Source of the DNA: Gemmatimonadota bacterium
GTDB lineage: Bacteria > Gemmatimonadota > Gemmatimonadetes > Palauibacterales > Palauibacteraceae
Length of the DNA stretch: 64,000 bases
Reading direction: 5' to 3'
Assembly (NCBI GenBank): GCA_039589875.1
Contig: JBDHGL010000017.1
Coordinates: forward strand, 5,875-69,874
Under the pieces are notes generated by a model, which was not told where the DNA came from, did no database searches, and saw only the letters and a program-made list of their open reading frames with translations. Made by a program: the position numbers and the translations under genes. Positions 31,230 to 40,644 of this stretch are shown one piece after another; within the stretch, counting starts at the first letter, position 1; each line of letters begins with the position of its first letter.

Positions 31230-33056
31230 TCAGTCGTCCTCGCATAGCTGAATATGTAGCCCGGCGAGGTCGTCCGGTTCCACCCGCGAGGGGGTACCCT
31301 CCATGAGCCCACGCGCCGCCGTCGTCTTGGGAAAGGCGATCACATCGCGGAGTGAAGAGGCTCCGACCATCAACGCGATCGTGCGGTCCAACCCGAGCGC
31401 ATAGCCGCCATGCGGCGGAGCGCCGTATCGGAACGCCTCCAGGAGGAAGCCGAACCGACGCTCTGCTTCGTCTCGGTCGAACCCGAGCGCCTCGAGGATC
31501 GCGCGCTGGATCTCCGGATCGTGACACCGGATGCTGCCGCTGGCCAGTTCGCTTCCGTTGTACACGACGTCATAGGCGAGGGCCATGACATCGAAGGGCG
31601 CTTCGCGGATCCGGTCCGCATCCGCATCCAGAGGCATGGTAAAGGGATGGTGGGACGCCATCGGCGACCCCGTCTCCGGATCTACCTCGAACAGGGGAAA
31701 GTCTACGACCCATAACCAGCGGTGATCATCCGTATCGAACGCATTAAGCCGAGCGGCCACCTCGCGCCGCAGAGCATCAAGGGCCTGACCCGTCTCGCTG
31801 TCGGGGCCGGCCACCACGAGAAGCAGGTCGCCCTCTTCGACGGCCACTATTTTTTTCAAGGCTGCATCCACTTCGGCATCTACATACTTGGCGAACGGCC
31901 CCGACCACCCGTCGGCTGACCGCTTGACCCAGAGCGTCCCCTTGGCCCCGTTCTTCTGGGCGATCTCGTCGAGGCGGCCGATCTCCGTGCGGGAGAAGGA
32001 CGCGCCTCCGCTCGCCACGAAGCCCCGCACCCGCCCGCCTGCATCTGCCGTGCCGTCGAAGATTCCGAAGCCGATGCCGGTCAGAACATCCGTGAGATCG
32101 GCCAACTGCCAGGCTATTCTCAGATCCGGCTTGTCGGTGCCGTAGAGCTCCAGCGCTTCACGGTGCGTTAGACGGGGAAACGGAAGGTCGAGCTCGATGC
32201 CGGCCGCCCGGCTCCACATCCGCTTCAGCATGCGCTCGCAGACGCCCAGGACGTCGTTCATGTCCACGAACGCCATCTCTACGTCGATCTGACTGAACTC
32301 GGGTTGGCGATCGGCCCGCAGGTCCTCATCACGCAGGCAACGTGCGACCTGGAAGTACCGGTCGAAGCCGGCAACCATGAGAAGCTGCTTGTACAGCTGG
32401 GGCGACTGCGGCAGAGCGTAGAACTCTCCCGGGTTCACGCGGCTGGGCACCAGGTAATCGCGGGCGCCCTCCGGCGTCCGCTTCGTGAGAAGCGGGGTCT
32501 CAACCTCGACGAATCCCTCCTCCGAGAGCGCCTCGCGGGCGCCGGCGACTGCCGCATCGCGAATCTCGAAGTTCCGGATCATCTCGGCACGCCTCAGATC
32601 GAGCACCCGGTGCCGGAGGCGAAGCTCTTCGGCCGGCAGAGACTCCTCCTCGTAGCCCGCGACGAGGATCGGCAGCGGCTCCGACTTGGAGATCAGGCTA
32701 AACCGGTCCACGTGGACTTCGATCGACCCCGTCTTCATCTCTGGGTTCAGCGCTTCCGGCGGGCGGCCGACGACCTCTCCTTCGATTTGGATCACGTCCT
32801 CCGAGCCCAACTTCCGGGCTGTCGCCAAGACAGGCTCCTCGCACCAGTCGGGTCCGAACGCCAGCTGCACGCGTCCCGCGCGGTCCCGGAGGTCGATGAA
32901 CAGCACGCCGCCGAGATCGCGGACCTTATGCACCCAGCCGGCGAGCTTCACTCGCCGTCCGAGCCAGGCGTCCGAAACATCGCCGCATCGGGCTTCCCGC
33001 CAGGCGGTCGCATAGCTGCCCGTCGACTTCGAATCTAGCGTGCTTCGGCCTTCCAT
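31230..33056 (-). CDS. aspS: aspartate--tRNA ligase
   Basis: Anticodon-binding OB fold then class II core; aligns to E. coli/Thermus AspRS N-terminus (..CGDVSDAWLGRRVKLAGWVHKVRDLGG..). Confidence 0.9.
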   Translation of the reverse strand: MEGRSTLDSKSTGSYATAWREARCGDVSDAWLGRRVKLAGWVHKVRDLGGVLFIDLRDRAGRVQLAFGPDWCEEPVLATARKLGSEDVIQIEGEVVGRPPEALNPEMKTGSIEVHVDRFSLISKSEPLPILVAGYEEESLPAEELRLRHRVLDLRRAEMIRNFEIRDAAVAGAREALSEEGFVEVETPLLTKRTPEGARDYLVPSRVNPGEFYALPQSPQLYKQLLMVAGFDRYFQVARCLRDEDLRADRQPEFSQIDVEMAFVDMNDVLGVCERMLKRMWSRAAGIELDLPFPRLTHREALELYGTDKPDLRIAWQLADLTDVLTGIGFGIFDGTADAGGRVRGFVASGGASFSRTEIGRLDEIAQKNGAKGTLWVKRSADGWSGPFAKYVDAEVDAALKKIVAVEEGDLLLVVAGPDSETGQALDALRREVAARLNAFDTDDHRWLWVVDFPLFEVDPETGSPMASHHPFTMPLDADADRIREAPFDVMALAYDVVYNGSELASGSIRCHDPEIQRAILEALGFDRDEAERRFGFLLEAFRYGAPPHGGYALGLDRTIALMVGASSLRDVIAFPKTTAARGLMEGTPSRVEPDDLAGLHIQLCEDD

Positions 33057-33415
33057 CTGCGTCTCCACAAGACGATGTACATCACATATGCGGTGATCAG
33101 GCCGGCGATATCGGCCACCCAATCGGCCAGCTGTGGCACGCGCCTCGGGACCCAGCCCTGAAGAAGCTCATCGAGAGCCGCGAACGCGACGCCCGCCAGG
33201 AGCAGGCCCAGCAGTGCCGGGGCGCCGCTGAAGCCCGATATGCGGGCGGCACGGGCGAGGGTCCAGCCGAGCCCGAAGTACAGGCCGAAATGTACGAGCT
33301 TGTCGAGGTCGGAGCCTGGGGCGCCCGACCATGTCGGCAGCGGCACACCGGTGAGCAGGATGATCACGAGCGTCCAGCCGACCACCGGCCACCAGGCGTT
33401 CGTACGCTGTTTCAC
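33035..33415 (-). CDS. VanZ-family membrane protein
   Basis: 126 aa, 4 TM helices; 3' end overlaps the aspS start by ~22 nt. Confidence 0.55.
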   Translation of the reverse strand: MKQRTNAWWPVVGWTLVIILLTGVPLPTWSGAPGSDLDKLVHFGLYFGLGWTLARAARISGFSGAPALLGLLLAGVAFAALDELLQGWVPRRVPQLADWVADIAGLITAYVMYIVLWRRRWKAEAR

Positions 33416-33513
33416 CTGTAGACAATCGATGGAGACACGGCGCCCTCAGGCAGGTGTGGAGGAACGACGATCGGGGCCAACAGTAGAACGCCTGGCAGTA
33501 TATTCCCGGTGTT

Positions 33514-34647
33514 TTGACCCAGCAAGCGGCCCCAACCCGGCCTTTTCCTGACATGTCCAACCGAGCCGATCGTCAAGCCGTCCGTCCATCGCAACCTCCC
33601 GAAGGGGTCGTTGAGTTGCTCGGCCTCGGACCCGAAGACTTTTCGCGGTGCGTCGGCGCGACCCTGGAATCTCTCGGGGAGCCCGCCTACCGGACCGCAC
33701 AACTGCGCGAGTGGGTGTTCGGGCACAAGGCCCGTGCGTTCGAGGAGGCGACCAACCTGCCCGGGAGCCTCCGGACTCTGCTGACGGCCGAGTTCTCGCT
33801 CACACCGCTCGAGCCGGCGCACACGGCGCGCTCCCGGGACGGCACCGTGAAACACCTCTGGCAGCTGCCGGACGGTGAGCGCGTCGAGTCGGTGTTGATC
33901 CCAACCTCCGATCGTCTCACGCTCTGCCTCTCGTCGCAGGCGGGCTGTGCCCTCGGCTGTGTCTTCTGCGCGACCGGCCATTACGGTTTCCGCCGACAGC
34001 TGTCCGCTGCCGAGATCTGTGCCCAGTACAGGGAAGCCGCACGCTTCGCCGATGCGGAGTGGGGACGCGGTGTAACCAACGTCGTCTACATGGGGATGGG
34101 CGAACCGCTCGCCAATCTGGACGCCGTGCTTACGTCGCTGGAGGTCTTGCACGGCGGGTTCGGGCTGGGCGCGCGCCGTCTCACGGTCTCGACCGTCGGC
34201 CTCGTTCCCGGGATTCTCGAGCTTGGCGGTCGTCCCGAACAATTCGGGCTGGCGGTCTCGCTGCACGCACCGGAGCACCAGCTTCGGGCTCGCCTGATGC
34301 CGATCGAGAGGCGCTACCCGATTCCCGAGCTCTTCGCCGCCATCCGGGAGTACGCGCGCGTGCGGGGGCGGCGGATCACGTTCGAGTACACCTTGATGGA
34401 TGGGATCAACGACGACCCGCAGCTGGCCCGACAGTTGGCCGGACTACTCAAGGGGCTTACCGCTTTCGTCAACCTGATCCCCTTGAACCCGATACCGTTC
34501 GTCGATTGGAGACCAAGTCCGCCGCAGAAGGTGGCCGCCTTCGCCGGCGCTCTTCGCGAGCTCGGCGTCCAAACCGCCGTACGCACGCCCCGGGGCCGAG
34601 ACATCGCGGCGGCCTGTGGGCAGCTGCGGCTCGACGCGGGCGACTAA
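33514..34647 (+). CDS. rlmN: 23S rRNA/tRNA (adenine-C2)-methyltransferase RlmN (radical SAM)
   Basis: CxxxCxxC (CALGCVFC), MGMGEP and C-terminal catalytic Cys (AACGQL); start may be the internal ATG at 33553. Confidence 0.9.
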   Translation: MTQQAAPTRPFPDMSNRADRQAVRPSQPPEGVVELLGLGPEDFSRCVGATLESLGEPAYRTAQLREWVFGHKARAFEEATNLPGSLRTLLTAEFSLTPLEPAHTARSRDGTVKHLWQLPDGERVESVLIPTSDRLTLCLSSQAGCALGCVFCATGHYGFRRQLSAAEICAQYREAARFADAEWGRGVTNVVYMGMGEPLANLDAVLTSLEVLHGGFGLGARRLTVSTVGLVPGILELGGRPEQFGLAVSLHAPEHQLRARLMPIERRYPIPELFAAIREYARVRGRRITFEYTLMDGINDDPQLARQLAGLLKGLTAFVNLIPLNPIPFVDWRPSPPQKVAAFAGALRELGVQTAVRTPRGRDIAAACGQLRLDAGD

Positions 34648-34679
34648 GCCGGGAACCGCCGACCCGCTTCCGAAGAAGC

Positions 34680-35213
34680 TCAGCGGTCGGGACCTTCCCC
34701 TTGGCCCACGGAGTCCCCCGCGAGCCTGAAGCGATCCCGCCAGTCGGCTCCGAGAATGATCGTCGCATCGAGGTGGGCCTGCAGGTCCGGCTCGGTCTCG
34801 GTGCGGTCGACGCCAAGCCAACCGGCCACGGAGTCCGCGCGCGGGCCGGAGCCCACCCGATCGATGACCCGGGTCCGGGTGACCCCGAAGTCGGGCGCGT
34901 TCCCGAAATGGACGACGTCGAAGCCGGCCCGACGAAGGACTTCGGCTGCCCGCCGGGCCGCTCCGGGCTCTCCGGCGCCATTGAGAACTTCGACGCGCGC
35001 ATACGGATCCGGCTCCGGCGCGACTTGAAGTTGCTCGCCGAAAGGGTCGTCCGCCGGAGCAACCGCTTCCCTGGCCTGCCTCCACCCCCACCAGGCGGAC
35101 CCGGCCAGCACCATCACCGCTACGATCGCACCGATGAAGGCCGCCCTGGGCGGCCTCGGCCGGCTTCGCCTGCGACTCACCCTTCCTCCTCGGCCACGCG
35201 ATTCCAAAAGCAC
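34680..35213 (-). CDS. LytR_C-domain membrane-anchored protein
   Basis: Arg-rich N-terminus, one TM helix, C-terminal LytR_C-like domain. Confidence 0.5.
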   Translation of the reverse strand: MLLESRGRGGRVSRRRSRPRPPRAAFIGAIVAVMVLAGSAWWGWRQAREAVAPADDPFGEQLQVAPEPDPYARVEVLNGAGEPGAARRAAEVLRRAGFDVVHFGNAPDFGVTRTRVIDRVGSGPRADSVAGWLGVDRTETEPDLQAHLDATIILGADWRDRFRLAGDSVGQGEGPDR

Positions 35214-35674
35214 AGGGTCTCCGGAAGCATATTGCTCCTTTGATCGATCAGATAGCGGATCCTCAGGCCGATCACCTCCTGAAGAACGGCCCTCCGCTCC
35301 TCGGGAAGCCTCTCCCGCATGGCCCGACGCTCCTCATGCCGAAAGTGGCGCCCAGGGTCCAGAAAATCGGCCAGATACAGGTACTCGCCCATCTCGTCCA
35401 GGTCGGCGTGTCCCGTGGTGTGATAGGCCACGGCACGAAGCAGAGGGATATCCTCCACGCCCTCGGAACGCAGCAGGAAGGCGCAGGCTGGACCGTGCAG
35501 AAGGTGGCGGGGCCACGAGGCCCCCGTTTCTTCGGGGTAGACGGAATCCGGCCCGAACCCGGCCGCGTCGGCGTCTCGCATCGCATCGTGTAGCGTGGCG
35601 GCGGCCTTCCACCTCAGCAGCTCTTCAGGAGCCAGGTTCAGGATCGTGCCCCAATCGATCACGAGCTCACGCAC
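35177..35674 (-). CDS. HD-domain phosphohydrolase-like protein
   Basis: 165 aa with H..HD..H..D pattern; 5' end uncertain. Confidence 0.5.
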   Translation of the reverse strand: MRELVIDWGTILNLAPEELLRWKAAATLHDAMRDADAAGFGPDSVYPEETGASWPRHLLHGPACAFLLRSEGVEDIPLLRAVAYHTTGHADLDEMGEYLYLADFLDPGRHFRHEERRAMRERLPEERRAVLQEVIGLRIRYLIDQRSNMLPETLCFWNRVAEEEG

Positions 35675-35766
35675 CCGGCGGATGTGCTCGCACCGTTCCG
35701 GAGTGCAATGGGCCCAGGGGGGAAGCCGCTCTTCCGCGGCCAGCGCTATTAGGGGATGAAGCGGAT

Positions 35767-36141
35767 TCAGACCGCCGTGCCGGAGCGGAGATCCGGAAGG
35801 AGACGGTTGTGCTCATCTACGTGCACGACCGTGGGCACATGCCCGGCCAGTTCCGCTTCCTCGTACTCAGCGTAGCTGACGATGATGACCTGATCGCCAG
35901 CGTGCCCGAGGCGAGCGGCCGGGCCGTTCAGCTGAACCTCTCCGCTGCCACGCGGAGCCTCGATCACATAGGTCTCGAGACGGGCACCGTTGGAGAGGTT
36001 CAGGACCTGGACCCTCTCGTACGAAACCAGATCCGCCGCATCCATCAGGTCGCGATCGACCCCGATGGAGCCCTCGTAGTCGAGGTGGGCGCCCGTCAAG
36101 CAGGCCCGGTGGATCTTCGACTTGAACAGCGTTCTTCGCAT
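35767..36141 (-). CDS. panD: aspartate 1-decarboxylase
   Basis: [13 protein letters not shown]..; self-cleavage site GS(24-25); 124 aa. Confidence 0.9.
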   Translation of the reverse strand: MRRTLFKSKIHRACLTGAHLDYEGSIGVDRDLMDAADLVSYERVQVLNLSNGARLETYVIEAPRGSGEVQLNGPAARLGHAGDQVIIVSYAEYEEAELAGHVPTVVHVDEHNRLLPDLRSGTAV

Positions 36142-37026
36142 CTATGCCCCCGAATCATCCAGGGAGGATCGTCCTGCGAGCGATGCGTTGTCAATCAACC
36201 GCGTCGCCCCAACCCATCCCGCAACAGCGCAAACCAAGCCCGGCTCAGCTTCCGAAGCGGGCGCCAGGTCCTCCGGATCGACGATCTCAACGTAGTCCAC
36301 TCGCACTCCCGCCGCTTCCATTCGCTCGCGAGCAACGGCGCGGAGGATCTCGACGGATCGCTCGCCCGAACGAAACGCCTCCCGAGCAGCTCGTAGCGCC
36401 AGAGACAGGCCGCGGGCGGCGGGCCGTTCAGCGGCCGCAAGATTCGCGTTTCGGGAACTCCTGGCCATCCCGTCGCGCTCTCGAGCGATTGGCGCCAGTT
36501 CTATGCGAATTGGTAGGCTGAGTTCCCGCACCATCCTCCGTATGAGGACCGCCTGCTGGTAGTCTTTGCGGCCGAACACCGCCAGCTCGGGCTGCACGAT
36601 CCCGAATAGCTTGGCTACGACCGTGAGGACGCCCCGAAAATGGGTAGGCCGGCTCGACCCGCAGAGTCGGTCGGCCATGTGCTCCGGCGGCTCCACCCAG
36701 AGCGATTGCGGCTCCGGGTACATCTCCTGGTCTGAGGGGATGAAGGCGACATCGACCCCGCGGGAGTTTGCGAGCTCCAAATCGCGTTCCAGGTCCCGCG
36801 GATACTCCGCCAGATCCTCGCCCGCCGCGAACTGCGTTGGGTTAACGTAGATGGAGAGCACGACGAGATCCGAGCGACGTCGGGCGACATCGAGGAGGCT
36901 GAGGTGTCCCTCGTGCAGGTAGCCCATTGTGGGTACGAAGCCGATCGTCCGGCGCGTCGCCGTTGCGGCCTCTCGGACCCGGCGCATCTCACTGACCGTG
37001 TGCGCGACCTGCAGATCGCGGCTCAC
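36142..37026 (-). CDS. panC: pantoate--beta-alanine ligase
   Basis: PTMGYLHEGH HIGH motif; GTG start at 37026 aligned to the E. coli PanC N-terminus; abuts panD. Confidence 0.9.
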   Translation of the reverse strand: MSRDLQVAHTVSEMRRVREAATATRRTIGFVPTMGYLHEGHLSLLDVARRRSDLVVLSIYVNPTQFAAGEDLAEYPRDLERDLELANSRGVDVAFIPSDQEMYPEPQSLWVEPPEHMADRLCGSSRPTHFRGVLTVVAKLFGIVQPELAVFGRKDYQQAVLIRRMVRELSLPIRIELAPIARERDGMARSSRNANLAAAERPAARGLSLALRAAREAFRSGERSVEILRAVARERMEAAGVRVDYVEIVDPEDLAPASEAEPGLVCAVAGWVGATRLIDNASLAGRSSLDDSGA

Positions 37027-37136
37027 CTTGATCCTCGACTCCGCTGCGGTTCTGCTGCCTTTCCCGGGTGGAAAGCTGGAAAGCGGCGTAGAATATACCG
37101 ATTCGTCACCACTGCTCCAAAGCGAGCCGGAGGGCA

Positions 37137-38852
37137 ATGGCAGTACGATACGATGCGCTCTTGGCCAGGACGCTGGCCGATGAGCTGCACGAGCGTTACG
37201 CGGGCGAGCCCGTCGCCGCGCTCGGCATGCAGCCGGAGGCGTGGACGTCAGCGATCGCCTTCGGTGGCGGAAGCGTGCTGTGGTCCTTCCTTCATCCGCG
37301 GGCCGGACAGTTCGTCACCGGCAACGCATCACCGATCGATTCCCTGCTCGCGGATCGATCGGCATGGCGAAAGGCTCTCAAGGCGGGGAGCCTCAGAGCC
37401 GACGGGTGGAGCTGGTTCCTGTTTCGGAGTCTCCGGCTGACCGGTATCGAGGCAGTGCCGGACGAGCGCATGATTCTCCTGGATCTGGCCGGAAGAGACC
37501 GGATCTCTCGCTACCGGATCGCGTTCGACCTTCCCCGTAATCGCCGCAACGTCCTGCTCCTGGACACGGCAACCGTAGCGACCGGTAGGATCCGCGCCGT
37601 TCTCCGCCGACGGCCCGGACGGTTGGGAGCCGGTCAGGCCTACCGGATGCCAGTCGGGCGGCGCGCCGGCGTCAACAGGCCGCTCGATCCCGCCGAATGG
37701 GAGGAGCGCTTCACCGGAAGCGAACGGGAGGGTCTGCGCGAGCGGCTGCTCCGGCAGGTCGCATACTCGAGCCCGCTCAACGCTGACTACATCCTGCGTG
37801 ATCAAGACCTCGAGCTTGCGCACGCCCGCTATCTCGAGATCCTCGAGGGCGAGGGCCGGTGGCTGTTGACTCGCGATTGGGGGCTTCAGCCCTACGTCCA
37901 CCGCCTCGGCGAGGAGGACGCGGTCTCGGTACCGACGATTAGCGAGGGGATGGCGCGCGCGGCCACCGAGGAAGGCGTGGAAGAACCGGCCGCCGATCCC
38001 GCACCTGTCTTCGCGGCCATGCAGCGGATCGCCGAAGCGCTCCTCCGTCGACGGAAGCGCCTCCGCCGCCGGATTACCAGCCTGGAATCCGAGCTCGAGG
38101 AGGGGGATCCACCAGAGCTTCTCCGGGAGACCGGGCATCTGCTTCTGGCTCATCTGAAGGAGGTGCGCCGCGGGGAGGCGAGCGTCGAGCTGACGGGTTT
38201 CGAAGGCGAGCGCCGGACGATCCCGCTCGATCCGGCACTCGGACCTGCCGACAACGCCGACCGCTACTACCGGGCCGCCGCCCGCCGCGAGAGAGCGCTC
38301 GGGCGGCTGCCGGTCCTGATCGCCGAGGCACGCGAAACGGTGGAGCGCATCGAGGCGGGACTCGGTCGCCTGAACGAGACCGGAGAGGCCGACCCCGAGA
38401 TCAACGAGCTTGCCGGGCTCGCTGCCGATTCGCCGGGCGGCACCCGTGAGACCACTGAGAAGCGTCTGCCCTACCGCCGCTACTTCTCCAGCGGAGGGCT
38501 CGAGGTCCGGGTGGGCAGAAGCTCGAAGGAGAACGATGCTCTCACCTTCCGTAACTCCTCGCCAAACGACATCTGGCTGCATGCGCGCCAGGTTCCCGGA
38601 GCGCACGTGATCCTTCGGTGGGGCGATGGCGAGCAGAACCCGCCAGAGCGCGCCCTGACGGAGGCGGCGATCCTCGCGGCCCTGCACAGCGACGCACGAA
38701 GCAGCGGCGTCGTCGCCGTCGACTGGACGCGGCGGAAGTACGTGCGAAAGCCACGGAAGTCGGCACCGGGCATCGTCACGGCGGAGCGGCTCAAAACGGT
38801 GTTCGTGGAGCCGGACTCCGCCGCCGCCGAGAGGATGTCGCGGGACTCCTGA
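37137..38852 (+). CDS. NFACT-family protein (RqcH/FbpA homolog, ribosome-associated quality control)
   Basis: 571 aa; N-terminal NFACT-N, central coiled coil, C-terminal NFACT-R/DUF814. Confidence 0.8.
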   Translation: MAVRYDALLARTLADELHERYAGEPVAALGMQPEAWTSAIAFGGGSVLWSFLHPRAGQFVTGNASPIDSLLADRSAWRKALKAGSLRADGWSWFLFRSLRLTGIEAVPDERMILLDLAGRDRISRYRIAFDLPRNRRNVLLLDTATVATGRIRAVLRRRPGRLGAGQAYRMPVGRRAGVNRPLDPAEWEERFTGSEREGLRERLLRQVAYSSPLNADYILRDQDLELAHARYLEILEGEGRWLLTRDWGLQPYVHRLGEEDAVSVPTISEGMARAATEEGVEEPAADPAPVFAAMQRIAEALLRRRKRLRRRITSLESELEEGDPPELLRETGHLLLAHLKEVRRGEASVELTGFEGERRTIPLDPALGPADNADRYYRAAARRERALGRLPVLIAEARETVERIEAGLGRLNETGEADPEINELAGLAADSPGGTRETTEKRLPYRRYFSSGGLEVRVGRSSKENDALTFRNSSPNDIWLHARQVPGAHVILRWGDGEQNPPERALTEAAILAALHSDARSSGVVAVDWTRRKYVRKPRKSAPGIVTAERLKTVFVEPDSAAAERMSRDS

Positions 38853-38876
38853 CCTGCGCGGAACCTCCAGCTTGCG

Positions 38877-38926
38877 TTTCGGTACTTCTTCGGGTACGTT
38901 ATCTTCGGTTTACGTTCGGTATCGGC
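38877..38926 (+). promoter_or_regulatory. tandem repeat array (TTCGG-N(1-3)-TAC x4; TACGTT x2) overlapping a TTGCGT-N17-TACGTT promoter-like element upstream of lexA
   Basis: Repeats read directly from the sequence 40-100 nt upstream of the lexA GTG; candidate LexA operator. Confidence 0.3.
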
Positions 38927-38979
38927 CCACCGGGTCGACGCCGCCAGATCCCGACGGAACCGTAACGGAGGCCCGACCG

Positions 38980-39588
38980 GTGGCCCTCACGAGACGCCAA
39001 AAAGAGATCCTCGACTTCATCGAGAGCTTCCTCGACGCACGCGGCTATTCGCCCAGCTTCGAGGAGATCGCCGAGGGATTCGGCTTTCGATCCCTCGCGA
39101 CCGTGCACGAGCACCTCTCGAACCTCGAGGCGAAGGGATATATCAGGAAGAGCTACAACGAGAGCCGCTCGATAGAGCTCGCTCGGACCGAGTTCAAGCT
39201 CGGAGCGGTCGAACTCCCACTCCTCGGCAGAGTCGCCGCCGGCGAACCGATCGAAGCGATCGAGAATACGGAAGCTCTCGCAGTACCGGAGAGCATGATC
39301 GGCACGGGGGCCGAGCACTACGTGCTCCGCGTGCGCGGCGACTCGATGATTCAAGAGCAGATCCGCGACGGCGACTACGTCGTCGTGCAGTCGCGAGAGT
39401 GGGCCCACAACGGCGAGATGGTGATCGCCCTGGTAGACGGAGAAAGCGCCACGATGAAGAAGTACTATCGTGACGGGAACGGGCGCGTTCGCCTCCAGCC
39501 CGCGAATCCGGAGCTCTCCCCGCTCCTGTACCCTGAGGATCGGGTGCAAGTGCAGGGCATCGTCGTGGGCGTCCTGCGGAAGTACTGA
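38980..39588 (+). CDS. lexA: LexA repressor
   Basis: N-terminal wHTH (LTRRQKEILDFI..) and S24 peptidase domain with Ala-Gly cleavage site and Ser/Lys dyad; GTG start. Confidence 0.9.
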   Translation: MALTRRQKEILDFIESFLDARGYSPSFEEIAEGFGFRSLATVHEHLSNLEAKGYIRKSYNESRSIELARTEFKLGAVELPLLGRVAAGEPIEAIENTEALAVPESMIGTGAEHYVLRVRGDSMIQEQIRDGDYVVVQSREWAHNGEMVIALVDGESATMKKYYRDGNGRVRLQPANPELSPLLYPEDRVQVQGIVVGVLRKY

Positions 39589-39734
39589 AGCGGCCCCGAC
39601 GAGACCACCGTCTCGCCACCATCGCAACTGCTCCGGGCTCTAGCCCGGAGCGCCCCTGGCCCGGTACCGACCCCCACTCGGCGCCGGGCCTTCCTTCCAT
39701 CTAGGGCGATTACCGGCCAGTTCCGAGCCCCGTC

Positions 39735-39764
39735 TTGACACCCGCGAAAAGCCCCAGGTAGCTT
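39735..39764 (+). promoter_or_regulatory. sigma70-like promoter TTGACA-N18-TAGCTT ending 6 nt before the truA GTG (possible leaderless transcript)
   Basis: Exact TTGACA at 39735-39740 and TAGCTT at 39759-39764; truA start GTG at 39771 has no room for an RBS. Confidence 0.35.
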
Positions 39765-39770
39765 CGCGCC

Positions 39771-40637
39771 GTGCCGGACCTCGAGCACGCCCGCTTCAGG
39801 GCGACAATCCAATACGACGGCACGGCCTTTCGAGGCTGGCAGCTACAGCCCGACGAGCGCACCGTCCAGGGCGTCGTCGAAGACGCACTCTCCCGTCTCC
39901 TTCCCACCCACCAGGGGACCACTGCCGCCGGACGAACCGACGGTGGAGTCCATGCCGCGGGCCAAGAGATCGCTTTCGAGGCTCCCGACGTCCGGCAACC
40001 GAAGGAACTCCGCCGCGGTCTGAACGCCCTGCTTCCGGAGGACGTCTGGATCCCGCGGCTTGGTTACGCGGAGGAGAGCTTCCACCCGCGCTTCGACGCA
40101 ATCGCCCGGCGCTATGAGTATCTCGCGAGCGACACGGGCGACCTCACCTCGCCGCTCATCAGAGACCGGGTCTGGCAGCTGGCGCGCAACGACGCCGAAC
40201 CGGTCGAGGCGGAGCACTTGTCGGAGATCAGCCTGTCGGTCGTCGGAAGAGGGTCTTTCGCGGCGTTCAGCAAGGCGGGGCAACCGAAGCGCGGAACGAT
40301 GTGCGAGGTCAGGCAGGCGATCTGGTCGCGAACTCCGGCAGGTCTCCTGCACTTCACCATCGTGGCGGATCGGTTCCTCCACAGGATGGTACGATACCTC
40401 GTTGCCACACTGATCGAGGTGGCGACAGGTCGCCGCGGCCGCGACGAGCTCGAGCGGCTTCTCGCCGAGGCCGGTGAGGACCCCAGCCGTCCGGTCGAAG
40501 GCGTACGGCCTCCGGTACCCGCTCCAGCCTGGGGGCTCTACCTTACCGGAGTGCGATACGCCGATGGTTGGAACCGGCCGCCCGGAATCCCGGGCTTTCT
40601 CGGCGCGACCCGAACCTCGCGGGCACAGGACGACTGA
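39771..40637 (+). CDS. truA: tRNA pseudouridine(38-40) synthase TruA
   Basis: ATIQYDGTAFRGWQ.. catalytic-Asp region (GRTDGGVHA). Confidence 0.9.
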   Translation: MPDLEHARFRATIQYDGTAFRGWQLQPDERTVQGVVEDALSRLLPTHQGTTAAGRTDGGVHAAGQEIAFEAPDVRQPKELRRGLNALLPEDVWIPRLGYAEESFHPRFDAIARRYEYLASDTGDLTSPLIRDRVWQLARNDAEPVEAEHLSEISLSVVGRGSFAAFSKAGQPKRGTMCEVRQAIWSRTPAGLLHFTIVADRFLHRMVRYLVATLIEVATGRRGRDELERLLAEAGEDPSRPVEGVRPPVPAPAWGLYLTGVRYADGWNRPPGIPGFLGATRTSRAQDD

Positions 40638-40644
40638 ACACGCG

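Noticed and set aside
38877-38926. Cyanobacterial-type (RGTAC-N4-GTWC) or Cheo-type LexA box upstream of lexA
   Set aside because: GTAC elements are present but the spacing is N8 and direct, not the required palindrome geometry; reported instead as an unclassified repeat array
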